64,000 nucleotides of DNA from a phage. The DNA lies in sequence record PV874203.1; one strand, 5' to 3'. This document shows, piece after piece, positions 40,218 to 49,767 of this stretch; position 1 is the first letter of the stretch, and the number at the start of each line of letters is the position of its first letter. The notes under the pieces were generated by a model. The model did no database searches, was not told where the DNA came from, and was given only the letters and a program-made list of their open reading frames with translations. The translations under genes were made by a program, and so were the position numbers.

Positions 40218-40379
40218 TTAGATTACATCACGATGACTAACATCACCACACACCTTACACTGAATAACGTAACGTGTGCCCTTGTCATTATTCCCATCTG
40301 AATCTGTATAGACCAGAGGGCGAGTATTAATAATCTTCCAATCATGACAATGAAAGACACGCTTTAGCCACTTGAACAT
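40218..40379 (-). CDS. Hypothetical zinc-ribbon protein
   Basis: Track ORF trimmed to internal Met (MFKWLKRVFHCHDW...CKVCGD) to avoid overlap. Confidence 0.35.
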   Translation of the reverse strand: MFKWLKRVFHCHDWKIINTRPLVYTDSDGNNDKGTRYVIQCKVCGDVSHRDVI

Positions 40380-40386
40380 ATTAACC

Positions 40387-40638
40387 TCAAGCACAAGCAG
40401 GGAGAGTGATGATTTTATGCTTACCATCAAACTCTCCAAATAAACCTAAGAATGTAGGACTGTAAGTGCCAGTACAAACAAACTCATCAAACAGTGCGTT
40501 ATAGCTAGGCTTAATCTTCCAAGCCCATACATAACCCATCTTGTCAATTGCAATGTAACGAGTGTTCAGAGGAACAGTCATCATCACACCATCAACTTCA
40601 ATCACTTTAGTTATTGGTGCAGCTTGGAAGTTTTTCAT
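40387..40638 (-). CDS. Hypothetical protein
   Basis: 83-aa ORF. Confidence 0.4.
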   Translation of the reverse strand: MKNFQAAPITKVIEVDGVMMTVPLNTRYIAIDKMGYVWAWKIKPSYNALFDEFVCTGTYSPTFLGLFGEFDGKHKIITLPACA

Positions 40639-40865
40639 TACATTTCCTCTAACTTAAGAGTTGCTTTATATTCTTTAACCGGAGCGTCTTCAGGGAAAGA
40701 AAGTCTTTGAGAGGGTTGGGGTAATCGTACAGAAAACCCGCCACCAATCTTCATGTAGAAAGATTCTTGACTGGCAAGTTCTGTGTTGAATGTGAAAATA
40801 GAACCAATGCTCAAGTCTCGGAAAGTCTTTTGCTTTGGTTTAGTCGAGTCTAAAACGATATTCAT
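40638..40865 (-). CDS. Small protein, probable member of paralogous family
   Basis: FRDLSIGSIFTF pattern. Confidence 0.45.
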   Translation of the reverse strand: MNIVLDSTKPKQKTFRDLSIGSIFTFNTELASQESFYMKIGGGFSVRLPQPSQRLSFPEDAPVKEYKATLKLEEM

Positions 40866-41038
40866 ACTTTACCTTTGATAAAAATGTCATTACCACAGAC
40901 ACAGCATGAACGAACAACAGTAGCGCCACGCTGAACGATACGAACCTCTTCTTTAACCAGATTAACACGAGCACCACAGCAAGGAGAGTTAACATAAGAG
41001 TAACCAGCTTGCGTATTCTTGATTGTTTGCTTAGACAT
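40862..41038 (-). CDS. Hypothetical zinc-ribbon protein (58 aa)
   Basis: Hand-translated ORF with CC...CCVCG; start overlaps the upstream stop (ATGTCTAA). Confidence 0.35.
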   Translation of the reverse strand: MSKQTIKNTQAGYSYVNSPCCGARVNLVKEEVRIVQRGATVVRSCCVCGNDIFIKGKV

Positions 41039-41489
41039 TTGATTCGAGATCTCTTAGTTGTTCAGCCAATTGTTCGCACTCATTGATGCAGAACTCTTCT
41101 GTTCTTGGAACCCCATTAGGGTTGAACCGTGTCTTATCACACGCATGGGCACAATCAAACCCGATTGTATTTAAACCACCCATCTCTTCAAGAGTGTCTT
41201 GCCATGTTACACCACCGTGAACTCCAACATACCAAACAACCGCTTCCTCTCCGTTATATCCGGTGAAGTTTTTATGCTTTAAGCTGTCTGGTAGCTCTAC
41301 ATATCCACAAAGATGGGAGTCGTTCATGTGAATAATCACAGCACGAAGCCCTGATTTAGTTACCCAACCTTTAACCATGCGTCTCATATAAGCACCTCTT
41401 GTTAGTTTAAGTAAGAGTTGTCCCTTAATTAAAACAACAAAGGCCACCCGATTGGGCAGCCTTTTATCTATTAACTGTTGTATGTCCAA
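41031..41489 (-). CDS. Hypothetical protein
   Basis: 152-aa ORF; true start may be an internal Met. Confidence 0.45.
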   Translation of the reverse strand: MDIQQLIDKRLPNRVAFVVLIKGQLLLKLTRGAYMRRMVKGWVTKSGLRAVIIHMNDSHLCGYVELPDSLKHKNFTGYNGEEAVVWYVGVHGGVTWQDTLEEMGGLNTIGFDCAHACDKTRFNPNGVPRTEEFCINECEQLAEQLRDLESNV

Positions 41490-41969
41490 TTACCTTGCTT
41501 GTTACGGATAGCTGACATTGCATGAAGCCAGAAGCCTTCCAGTTTCAGAGCACCGTTAGCTACTGCATCCATACGTTCAGGGCGGTTCATAAGTTTGGTT
41601 GACACTTTCATACCTATATCTCTTTGTTAGTGGAGGCATTATTGCCAGTTGATATAAGGGATAGCCCTAGTCAGGAGACTAATTCTGACCGCGTACTCAT
41701 TGCCGACCTTCTCTGCCTAAGAGTTCAGGTTCTAGAGCTATCTCTTATTCCAACTGGTGAAGACTCCCTACCCCTAGGAAGTCTCCTGAATCCCAAACCG
41801 ATACGTACCCCTACATATCAGAAAGTCTTTCGAAAATTAACAGGTTTTAGTCTAACACCGGATGTTCGAGCAAGCTCTCCCTAGCGGTGTGGCATATGCC
41901 TGAGTTAATAAGTTAATGAGGAACACCCTCACATAGCCCTCTGATAGACACAAGGGCTATAAGTCGGTG

Positions 41970-42188
41970 TTACTTTTGAGTCAAACACAGATCAGGACGG
42001 GGCATAACAGTGGTTGATAGACCAAAGACTTCAACATAACCAGTGCCCAGATTGGCAGCCTTACGTAAACCGTCAGGGGTTTTATCTTCTAGCATCAGCC
42101 AGAAACGTTTATCGTAAGAGAAAACATCACCACCCTTAACGTCTTCTGCATTTGCATATTTAGGATAATCAACTACTTTAATTTCCAT
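41970..42188 (-). CDS. Small protein, member of paralogous family
   Basis: AEDVKGGDVFSYDKRFW...NLGTGYV. Confidence 0.5.
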   Translation of the reverse strand: MEIKVVDYPKYANAEDVKGGDVFSYDKRFWLMLEDKTPDGLRKAANLGTGYVEVFGLSTTVMPRPDLCLTQK

Positions 42189-42198
42189 TTACTTACCT

Positions 42199-42417
42199 TT
42201 ACTGATAGATGGAGAGGTGGATAAGTTTATTCACATGAGCGAAGTTAGGTAGGATTTGCATCTCATTGTTGAAGATATTAAAACAACGAACCCCACCCTC
42301 TACAGCATAAGCAGATTTCTGAAACAGACTACCTCCCCACACAAATACATCATGTGTTTCAAGAGATCGTAACTGAACAGCCTCGTCAACAACCTTCTTT
42401 TCAATGTTCATACTCAC
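42199..42417 (-). CDS. Small hypothetical protein in the paralog array
   Basis: 72-aa ORF inside the array; family membership weak. Confidence 0.4.
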   Translation of the reverse strand: MSMNIEKKVVDEAVQLRSLETHDVFVWGGSLFQKSAYAVEGGVRCFNIFNNEMQILPNFAHVNKLIHLSIYQ

Positions 42418-42668
42418 CCTTGATTAGTAATCACTACATCGTGAAACATGATAACACGGGTTGTAGAGTGTATCTTAATAACTTGCTTACTTCTCAGATT
42501 AAGAACAACGCAACCTCCATCAGAAGGCTTAGTCTCTTCTATCTGAGAAGTAAATAACTGAACAACCATGTAGAAATCTGCACGGGTATCCCTGATTTGG
42601 AATACATCTCCAAGTTTAAGATCACTGACATAAAGAGTTGGTTCATTTACCTTCAAATTAATCTTCAT
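42414..42668 (-). CDS. Small protein, member of paralogous family
   Basis: VSDLKLGDVFQIRD...VLNLRSKQV. Confidence 0.5.
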   Translation of the reverse strand: MKINLKVNEPTLYVSDLKLGDVFQIRDTRADFYMVVQLFTSQIEETKPSDGGCVVLNLRSKQVIKIHSTTRVIMFHDVVITNQG

Positions 42669-42894
42669 CCTTAGCCCCTATGTTAGTTATGTGGAGATCA
42701 CTACGTACTTGGCAGACTTCATCCCGTTTAAAAGGCATGAGCTTTCCAGTTACCACATCAACACAGTTTACATAGTTATCTGCGTATAGTGTGTCGGTTC
42801 TAATATAAAGAGAGTCTTTACGCTCAAATAGAACCCCCGGCTTCATATTATTTAATCGAAGCATTGTACGATCGGATTTAATATTAACTTTCAC
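42658..42894 (-). CDS. Small protein, member of paralogous family
   Basis: LNNMKPGVLFERKD...VDVVTGKL. Confidence 0.5.
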   Translation of the reverse strand: MKVNIKSDRTMLRLNNMKPGVLFERKDSLYIRTDTLYADNYVNCVDVVTGKLMPFKRDEVCQVRSDLHITNIGAKDED

Positions 42895-42896
42895 TG

Positions 42897-43154
42897 TTAA
42901 TCCGCCTTATTCGTGAGTCGAGCGTTAACTTTCTTAACAACTTCATGAGTGAAACCATCAGAAATCACACCAGTTGAAAGGTTAATATATTTTCTCTGAT
43001 CTCCTGATCTGTTATAAGCACTTGAGGACATATAATAATCACTCAGGTTCAGAGGGAACTGGAACACATCACCTGATTCTAAATCCCCAAGAGTCAAAAC
43101 CTTTGGGGCGTTGTTCATATCAATTATCACTGTTAATCTCCTGCTGCTTAGCAA
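42897..43154 (-). CDS. Small protein, member of paralogous family
   Basis: LGDLESGDVFQF...INLSTGVI. Confidence 0.5.
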   Translation of the reverse strand: MLSSRRLTVIIDMNNAPKVLTLGDLESGDVFQFPLNLSDYYMSSSAYNRSGDQRKYINLSTGVISDGFTHEVVKKVNARLTNKAD

Positions 43155-43416
43155 TAGCTACTCGCAAGTCTTCATTAGCACGAGCAAGGCGTAACACTTC
43201 ATGGTTGAGGTTCTGAAGACGCTTGTTTCTGTCTTCAACTTGCATAATAAGATCGTTAAGAGTTTCTTTAACTTTCTCATTGTACATCTCATCCACTCGG
43301 ACTAGAGATTTATACATTCTCTCCCAGCTTGCTGCTTTGTTTCTTAGAATAATAAATCCTATAACGCTGATAGTTAAACAGCTTACAAAAAGGAATTTAT
43401 ATACTTCTAAAGTCAT
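43120..43416 (-). CDS. Hypothetical membrane-anchored coiled-coil protein
   Basis: N-terminal hydrophobic helix then charged helical region. Confidence 0.4.
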   Translation of the reverse strand: MTLEVYKFLFVSCLTISVIGFIILRNKAASWERMYKSLVRVDEMYNEKVKETLNDLIMQVEDRNKRLQNLNHEVLRLARANEDLRVAIAKQQEINSDN

Positions 43417-43615
43417 ATTATTTACCCTTTATCAGAGATTAAAAGTAATATTATTTAAGTAAGTTATATTTAGTAAACTTATTTTCTAAGAAATTTTCAA
43501 AGGGTCTATATACAGAGCATTACCCATAGTCCCAGAATACTACCATCTTTTTCAATAAATTTACTAAGTGGTTGGTTTATAAAGGAATTTAGTTTGTCAA
43601 ATCTGGCACTAGTGA

Positions 43616-44005
43616 TTATTCCCTAGAGCTATTATCGAACACTAAATCACCACAATACATAGGATTGGCATACCATTTTGGCACCCCTTCGCTCTTACTC
43701 TGAAAGTAAGTCCCACTATACAGCGGAACATAATTCTTCTTAAGGGCACGTTTAGCCAGCCGCTCGCTTTCTCTAATGGCTTGCTTAGTCATCGGATTTT
43801 TATCACGAATCAGCTTTACATAACGTTTATAAGGTTTCTCCTGTTTTAATAGTACCGGAATCCACTCAAACTGGTTCTTTTGTCTTATCACCTGTTCAGC
43901 GGTCAGTTTTCGTTGAGCCATTCTATTTATCACGGTATCCGCAACCATAGCTTTACATGCGGTTGGCTGATTCCCTGCCTCATAATAAATAGTCAATGTC
44001 AACAT
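43616..44005 (-). CDS. Putative cell wall hydrolase (SleB/Hydrolase_2-like); candidate endolysin
   Basis: YYEAGNQ...AMVADTVINRM...NQFEW pattern resembles the Hydrolase_2 family. Confidence 0.5.
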   Translation of the reverse strand: MLTLTIYYEAGNQPTACKAMVADTVINRMAQRKLTAEQVIRQKNQFEWIPVLLKQEKPYKRYVKLIRDKNPMTKQAIRESERLAKRALKKNYVPLYSGTYFQSKSEGVPKWYANPMYCGDLVFDNSSRE

Positions 44006-44052
44006 TAGCTGGGCCGTTGTTATCAGAACTTGCTACCTCCTGTTTTACGGGC

Positions 44053-44080
44053 ATAAAAAAGCCCCAGCCGTAGCCGGGGC
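44053..44080 (-). terminator. Rho-independent terminator
   Basis: GC-rich hairpin (GCCCCAGCCGTAGCCGGGGC) followed by a 6-T run on the minus strand. Confidence 0.5.
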
Positions 44081-44140
44081 AAACCTGAAAGCAACATATG
44101 ACCGTTGCTATAAATACACTCGCAAATGCACTTACAGCAA

Positions 44141-44163
44141 CGCAAAAAGCCGCTCAAAGGCGG
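44141..44163 (-). terminator. Rho-independent terminator (tandem with previous)
   Basis: Hairpin GCCGC-CTTTGA-GCGGC followed by a 5-T run on the minus strand. Confidence 0.5.
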
Positions 44164-44245
44164 CTATGCGGAAGCTTCAAATGGGGAGAGGGCACGACGC
44201 GACAGAAAGAGCGTCATAGTACTAAAAGAGGGGGATATATTCCTA

Positions 44246-44689
44246 CTATTTAACCCTTGCCTCTTTGATGGGGTCAATGTATTTCTCAACGCCCCACTTG
44301 TGTTTACTATCTGCATAGAAAACATCAGGAGCACACTGGCTTGTCTTAGGAAAAGCCTGCGGGTCTTTCGTGCTACCCTTAAACTTCTGTTTACCACGGG
44401 TGCGACCATTACAGAAGATTTCTAACTTCTTCTCCTCTTCTGTTTTAGCTCCCCCGCTCTTTAACAAAGAACGTTTATGATCAGCTAACAACAACGCATC
44501 AGCACGATGGACACGATGGCCTACACGTTTTGCCACACTAGAAGGGATATGAGATTCAGCCTCAGCTTTTGCAGCACGGCGTTTTAAACTGCGCTTACTA
44601 ATGTAATTGGTTGCCTTCGGCTTCCCTTTCTCCAGTTCAGAGATAGAAAAACAACGCCCGCCCTTCATGCTGATTTTAGATTTAGTCAC
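44246..44689 (-). CDS. Hypothetical basic protein
   Basis: 147-aa Lys/Arg-rich ORF. Confidence 0.45.
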   Translation of the reverse strand: MTKSKISMKGGRCFSISELEKGKPKATNYISKRSLKRRAAKAEAESHIPSSVAKRVGHRVHRADALLLADHKRSLLKSGGAKTEEEKKLEIFCNGRTRGKQKFKGSTKDPQAFPKTSQCAPDVFYADSKHKWGVEKYIDPIKEARVK

Positions 44690-44758
44690 AATCTTATTCC
44701 TTTTAGTGATAAATTATATCGGGCAAGCCCATCAAGGCGACGGGCTTGAACAAATAGC

Positions 44759-44968
44759 TTAATCAAGTAAACCGAATGACTTCCAACTACGTAGCAGGAT
44801 TGTACCATCATCCATAGTTACACATAATTTTAGTAGTGTTTTGTTGGTACTACTCACCGTTGTAATTTGTCCGGTTGTACATTTACCTTTATTGCTATAA
44901 AGATACATAACACGACGGCCTAACAAACGAGATGGCGCTTTCTTAAATTCTGAAATGTTAGTGATCAT
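44759..44968 (-). CDS. Hypothetical protein
   Basis: 69-aa ORF. Confidence 0.4.
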   Translation of the reverse strand: MITNISEFKKAPSRLLGRRVMYLYSNKGKCTTGQITTVSSTNKTLLKLCVTMDDGTILLRSWKSFGLLD

Positions 44969-45189
44969 AATGCTTGATACCTTTGGATATGTTCAATACG
45001 GGTGGATTGAGCAAATGACGCTTTAACCGCCATCTTTCTAGCTTCTTCCTTACGTTGGTTAGTGTGTACAGTATCCCAATGATTGTTATCACGTTGGCGC
45101 TGTAATATCTTACTACATTTGCGATGGTTTCCCGTGCTGCGATGTTTCTCACAAATAGGGCACTTGCCAAAATTATTACTGAATATCAT
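44965..45189 (-). CDS. Hypothetical Cys/His small protein
   Basis: CPICEKH...H pattern; an overlapping alternative frame (44958..45170) exists. Confidence 0.4.
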   Translation of the reverse strand: MIFSNNFGKCPICEKHRSTGNHRKCSKILQRQRDNNHWDTVHTNQRKEEARKMAVKASFAQSTRIEHIQRYQAL

Positions 45190-45413
45190 TTTCTCAATCC
45201 CAGCTTTCTTAAGATACGGCCTAACGTTGTTTCTTGCGTGATAATATAGCTGATCGCCTCACGTTCCAACGTTTCAATTTTCATTGGCGACGGATACCAT
45301 TCACCAGTAATCACGCATTTACATTCAACGCCATACTTTTTAGATAGGCGGTAATGTTGACCGTTGACAAGATTCCTATAGATCGTGGTGTGTGTAATTA
45401 ACATGATCGTCAC
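45186..45413 (-). CDS. Hypothetical protein
   Basis: 75-aa ORF. Confidence 0.4.
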   Translation of the reverse strand: MTIMLITHTTIYRNLVNGQHYRLSKKYGVECKCVITGEWYPSPMKIETLEREAISYIITQETTLGRILRKLGLRK

Positions 45414-45516
45414 CTTTGATTATATTCTTTGATTAATGCACTGAATCAATGCACTGATAAAAGAAAAAGGCGATACCCGTTAAGATAGCGCCTCATGTTT
45501 ATTAGAATTATCTTAC

Positions 45517-46425
45517 TTATGCTGCCTGACGTGCCGCCATAATCTCAGCCGCTTTACGCAATACTTCCTCTTCTTCTTCTTTCGCAGCTTGTTCGGTACG
45601 GGTAGCAACCGTTGAAGAGATACGACCGCGCAGTCCTTCTAACTTCTCCTGCATAGCTGCGATAGTCTTTTCCATTTCATCAGCGTATGAATCGAGTGAT
45701 TCCAGTTCCTTGCTTGATGCGTTCATCAGATAATCGTCAGAGATCGCTACCGTTGAAGCCGTGACTTTCTTGATGAGTGAATCAAAGGACTTTTTAACCT
45801 TGCCCACTTCTTCACTCAGTGCGATCGTGTTATCGCTGGTAGCGCCGTTGCGCTCATCAGCCAGTAATTTGGCTTCAATACGGATTGCATTCAAGCGTTC
45901 AACCAAAGCGTAAATATCTTGGTTAAAGTCTTCTTTATTCTTTGCCGGAATTTGCAGGTGTGCCGCTACGTTGTCATTGCAACCTTTGAAGAAGTTAGGG
46001 TTATCGACTTCAATTTCACGACCTAAGGCAAAGTTTTCGAAAGCATTTGACCAGCGAGCGCGGTTTTGTTCCATTTTGGCCTTAATTTGCGCCTCTTTCG
46101 CATCTTCTTTCGCTTTCGCTTCACCTTCCAGATTAATCCACTTCTTACGGCCATTCGCCGCATCAGTGTTAAACTTGATAGGAGTTAAGAAAGTGATTGC
46201 AGTGGCGATCACGTCCATATCGCGGAAGCGTTCAGTTAACAGAAAGTCAACCGCCGTCTGCAATACTTCTAACTTTTTACCGTTACTGCGGAAGTGCTGC
46301 AAGTGCCCTAACAGAAAATTAGAAACATCTTGCTTGATCGCCGCGTTATTGCTACGAATGTTGTTAGCCAGTGCGTTAAAACCAGATTCTTTTACCAGAT
46401 TAAAAACTTTAGCCATGATATTCAC
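45517..46425 (-). CDS. Hypothetical protein (helical, Ala/Lys/Glu-rich C-terminus)
   Basis: 302-aa ORF; first gene downstream of the 1.7-kb ORF-poor region. Confidence 0.5.
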   Translation of the reverse strand: MNIMAKVFNLVKESGFNALANNIRSNNAAIKQDVSNFLLGHLQHFRSNGKKLEVLQTAVDFLLTERFRDMDVIATAITFLTPIKFNTDAANGRKKWINLEGEAKAKEDAKEAQIKAKMEQNRARWSNAFENFALGREIEVDNPNFFKGCNDNVAAHLQIPAKNKEDFNQDIYALVERLNAIRIEAKLLADERNGATSDNTIALSEEVGKVKKSFDSLIKKVTASTVAISDDYLMNASSKELESLDSYADEMEKTIAAMQEKLEGLRGRISSTVATRTEQAAKEEEEEVLRKAAEIMAARQAA

Positions 46426-47242
46426 CTTTCAATTGTAAGGGCACTATGCCCCGCTCTCTATGAGCTTGTTTAAGTCACTATTAACTTAACTATAACCACT
46501 CGTTGTTAAGTAGTTATAGGTAAGCGGGGCGGTCTTATCAGGAGTTAACCTTGCCGCCCCCTTATCCGTGATGTTTCATCTGGTACGCTTTAATTTTCCG
46601 CTATAAATAAAGCCGGATTGCGTAGCGATGATCAATCATCACAATAAGGCTATGCGTCCAACTCAATTTAATTACATTGCTGTAACCGTTGGCAATATCG
46701 TCTACTTTGCTTTCGCTCCCGCCTATCCTTTGTGCCAACTCCTAACCGCTAACCATCGCCCACTACGGGAGGTTATTGCGGAAAGAGATCATTGACCGCC
46801 TAATATTCCGGCGTTTTATATCTTTCGGCGGGTTTACTACATAACCCGACTATGTACTTCCGTCATAAGACGAATCTCAAGCCGTTCACATCGTAAACGT
46901 TCGCATTAAACCTTATTGTTAAATAGCAATTTGCCACTTTTTAACCACTCCCCGCCGCCCTCAATTGGGCGTTAATTCGTCGGACTTGTCTGCCCTGATT
47001 AGTTTCTTTCACTGTAGCACCGTGTTAGCGATGGCCGCCGCTACCCTTAACCGTGGGCGATTAGCTTAAACCTTTGCGTGTACTCAATGAATCCGCTTAT
47101 CAGTGGCGACTTTTCCAGTTAAGGGATTGTAAAACTGTTTACCCTGATGTTTTAGGGAGTTTTACGCCGTTTTATCTGGTATGCTGTCCGATGGTTATTA
47201 TCTTCCAGCATATTTAACCGATATATGGGAATGTTTAAATTG

Positions 47243-47868
47243 TTAAAGAGCGGTAAATCTGTCAGCGTGCTTTCTCACGCTACGCAACTGTTAGCCGTTG
47301 TTACGCTTTTCACTTAAGCGGTGATTTGCTTCAGTGATGCTCATTATGGACCATGATGTTTTTGCTGTCAACCGCTTTTTTAATCTTTTTCGTCGTTCCC
47401 GCTATTGGGAGGATATATCAACCCGCTTTATTGGGTTGAAGATTAAGCGATGAGGCTTAACCCATGATTCATATTGTTAAAGAGCGTTTAGCCTTTTATA
47501 GTGTCTGCTAATCACTGCATCATTAAAGGCTTACTTATTCATTAACGGGGCGCCTAATCCCGAACTACCCGCTGCACTATGTGCCACCTTTCCCGCGATA
47601 CGTTGATTTAGGAACTAGTTAACGTTGTTTTGTTAACTTGTGGTTAGTATGAACTACCTTAACCACGTTTGCAACCCTTTTTTATCATCTTCTTTTATTC
47701 TTTTCCCTTATCTCGCTTGAATCTATGCGAAAGGGCAAGATGATAAGTTTTTAAAGAGCGGGATGCTTTAAGTCATCGCTGACTATGCTCACTATATATC
47801 AGGCTATTTTCGGTGTCAATACTCTTTTTAAGAATATTTTCACTTTCTAGCCTGATTTTTAAAGAGCG
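47243..47868 (+). repeat. Four dispersed copies of TTAAAGAGCG(G) in an ORF-poor 1.7-kb region
   Basis: Copies at 47243, 47477, 47751 and 47859, in two subtypes (ATTGTTAAAGAGCG x2, TTTTTAAAGAGCGGG x2). Confidence 0.5.
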
Positions 47869-48204
47869 GGGCAATTTCTTGCCTTGTATGTTTTTCATCG
47901 TACCCGATGAATTGAAGTATACATTAATCAGTGAGGGATGCAATAGGGTAAAGCAAACTATTTTAAACTTTTTCACTATAGGGAAGATAAAGGAACGGGT
48001 GCGCGTGATACATCATAGAAAACGGCTTGTAAAGCGATATTTAGCGGCCTAAAACGCACTATAGCGAGCTAAAAGGGAGTAAGGTATACAATCACCTTAG
48101 AAACGATAAGAGCCTCACTAGGAGGCTTATAGGAAGGATTTAGAGCATTAGATAGATTATGACCATAGGCATGACTACGGCACAATATAGGAGAAAGATT
48201 AAGC

Positions 48205-48579
48205 CTATGGATTTACACACTGACCATTACCTGATGCCATTTCATTCATGGACTCATCAAAGAGCGTCAACGATGAGCGCATTAAGTGATCAACCGTAAC
48301 TTGTTTACCAGTGGTTTCATTCACTAATTGAATAGTTTTAGCGTATGATTGTACATGCTCGAAATCATTTACATGCAAAATAATAACCTTAGGTGACTTT
48401 TTACCAGTCTCATAATTCTCCACAAGATAGGTGCACTGTAAACCGTCAACCGTAGCAGGGGAAAACGTTGCAGCTTTAACGCTACCCATAGCAGATAGTA
48501 AGACACCCAACAGAAGAATGACCAGAAAGAAGCCTACAAATACTTTCACTACGAATTTAATAATACCCATGATAATCAA
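48205..48579 (-). CDS. Hypothetical membrane protein
   Basis: N-terminal hydrophobic helix (IIKFVVKVFVGFFLVILLLGVLLSAMG). Confidence 0.5.
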   Translation of the reverse strand: MIIMGIIKFVVKVFVGFFLVILLLGVLLSAMGSVKAATFSPATVDGLQCTYLVENYETGKKSPKVIILHVNDFEHVQSYAKTIQLVNETTGKQVTVDHLMRSSLTLFDESMNEMASGNGQCVNP

Positions 48580-48672
48580 CCTTTAGTTAGAGAATGTAAG
48601 AATACAGCATATCAGCGACGAATAACGCCACTGTAACAACGAACAAGCAACGCCAAAAATAATCACAGATCA

Positions 48673-48927
48673 TTAGTTGCACTTACCCTCAAAATATGCT
48701 ACGCTAAGTAGTTCGATCTCTTCCAGAGAAAGGAGAATCTCACGTTGCGCCAGATAACGACCAATTTCAGCGTCATCCATAGCTAGAGCGACAGCAGGAA
48801 ACTCAACCGCATCAGCCTTATCGCCACTAGTAAACAAGATTAGACACATGTCAGAACTGTCAGTGTATGAGAAATCAATATCCCCATAGTTGTGCGTAGA
48901 GATAGTGAAGCTATATTCTTTAGCCAT
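48673..48927 (-). CDS. Hypothetical protein
   Basis: 84-aa acidic ORF. Confidence 0.45.
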   Translation of the reverse strand: MAKEYSFTISTHNYGDIDFSYTDSSDMCLILFTSGDKADAVEFPAVALAMDDAEIGRYLAQREILLSLEEIELLSVAYFEGKCN

Positions 48928-49171
48928 GTATCAATCCCTCACTAAGCAGGTTAGCCAGAGTTAAATCACCGTCAATATAAATTGACTTGAAATCTTCACG
49001 GGTAATTTCAAAATTAGCAAAGGCTAACCAATCCTTAAGAGGTTGAAATTCCATCCTACAAAAAGTAATAACAGGTAACGTTATCTGACCATCAAGCGTG
49101 TTAAACATGATTTCAGAACGACCAACGAAACAGGAAAAACCATTAGCCAGCTTAATTTCTTTGATAGCCAT
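48920..49171 (-). CDS. Hypothetical protein
   Basis: 83-aa ORF. Confidence 0.45.
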   Translation of the reverse strand: MAIKEIKLANGFSCFVGRSEIMFNTLDGQITLPVITFCRMEFQPLKDWLAFANFEITREDFKSIYIDGDLTLANLLSEGLIHG

Positions 49172-49275
49172 AACCTACACTCCCAAAACAATAAGAACAT
49201 AATAAGCAATTGCAGTTGCAATCACCGTGAAAATCAAAGATAGCAAAAATGAACTAGTACTGCAAATTAATCTTC

Positions 49276-49767
49276 TCATTTGTTAGCCTTAATGCAGTTG
49301 GCTAGATTGATGTGAACAGTATAAACAGCGTTATCCGCATTATTGTAAACCGTAGTGGCGATCATCGACTCTTTAACCGGTCCATAACTCACTAGGTTGG
49401 TTACAGCTTTAACGTCTTCGTAACGTTGTACAGTGCCATACGTCACCATATCCGCATCGTTATCGGTACGCTTGAGAACTAGATCATTGTTAGGCTGATT
49501 GTCCAGTGTCTTAGACTGAAAGAGAACGCCTTCACTAGTTACGTTACTAAATTTCACTTTTAACACGATGTTATTGCTGTCACTATCCGCACCATTGCAA
49601 ATCATCCAACCCTTATTGATGGAACTAGCGAAAACATCAGCGGCATTAGTTGCAGGAGCTGGACTAGCGATAGCCTTATCAGAAAGAGATGTGACCAGTG
49701 CACTAACACCGATAGCTGCAACCAGTGCATAGCTTGCCAGATTTACTACCTGCATTGCCTTAGCCAT
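49276..49767 (-). CDS. Hypothetical secreted/periplasmic protein
   Basis: Signal-peptide-like N-terminus; first gene of the minus-strand block. Confidence 0.5.
   Translation of the reverse strand: MAKAMQVVNLASYALVAAIGVSALVTSLSDKAIASPAPATNAADVFASSINKGWMICNGADSDSNNIVLKVKFSNVTSEGVLFQSKTLDNQPNNDLVLKRTDNDADMVTYGTVQRYEDVKAVTNLVSYGPVKESMIATTVYNNADNAVYTVHINLANCIKANK

Noticed and set aside
47243-47868. CRISPR array interpretation of the TTAAAGAGCG repeats
   Set aside because: Only a 10-11 nt core is shared, spacing is irregular (234, 274, 108 bp), and there is no regular repeat-spacer structure or adjacent cas gene.
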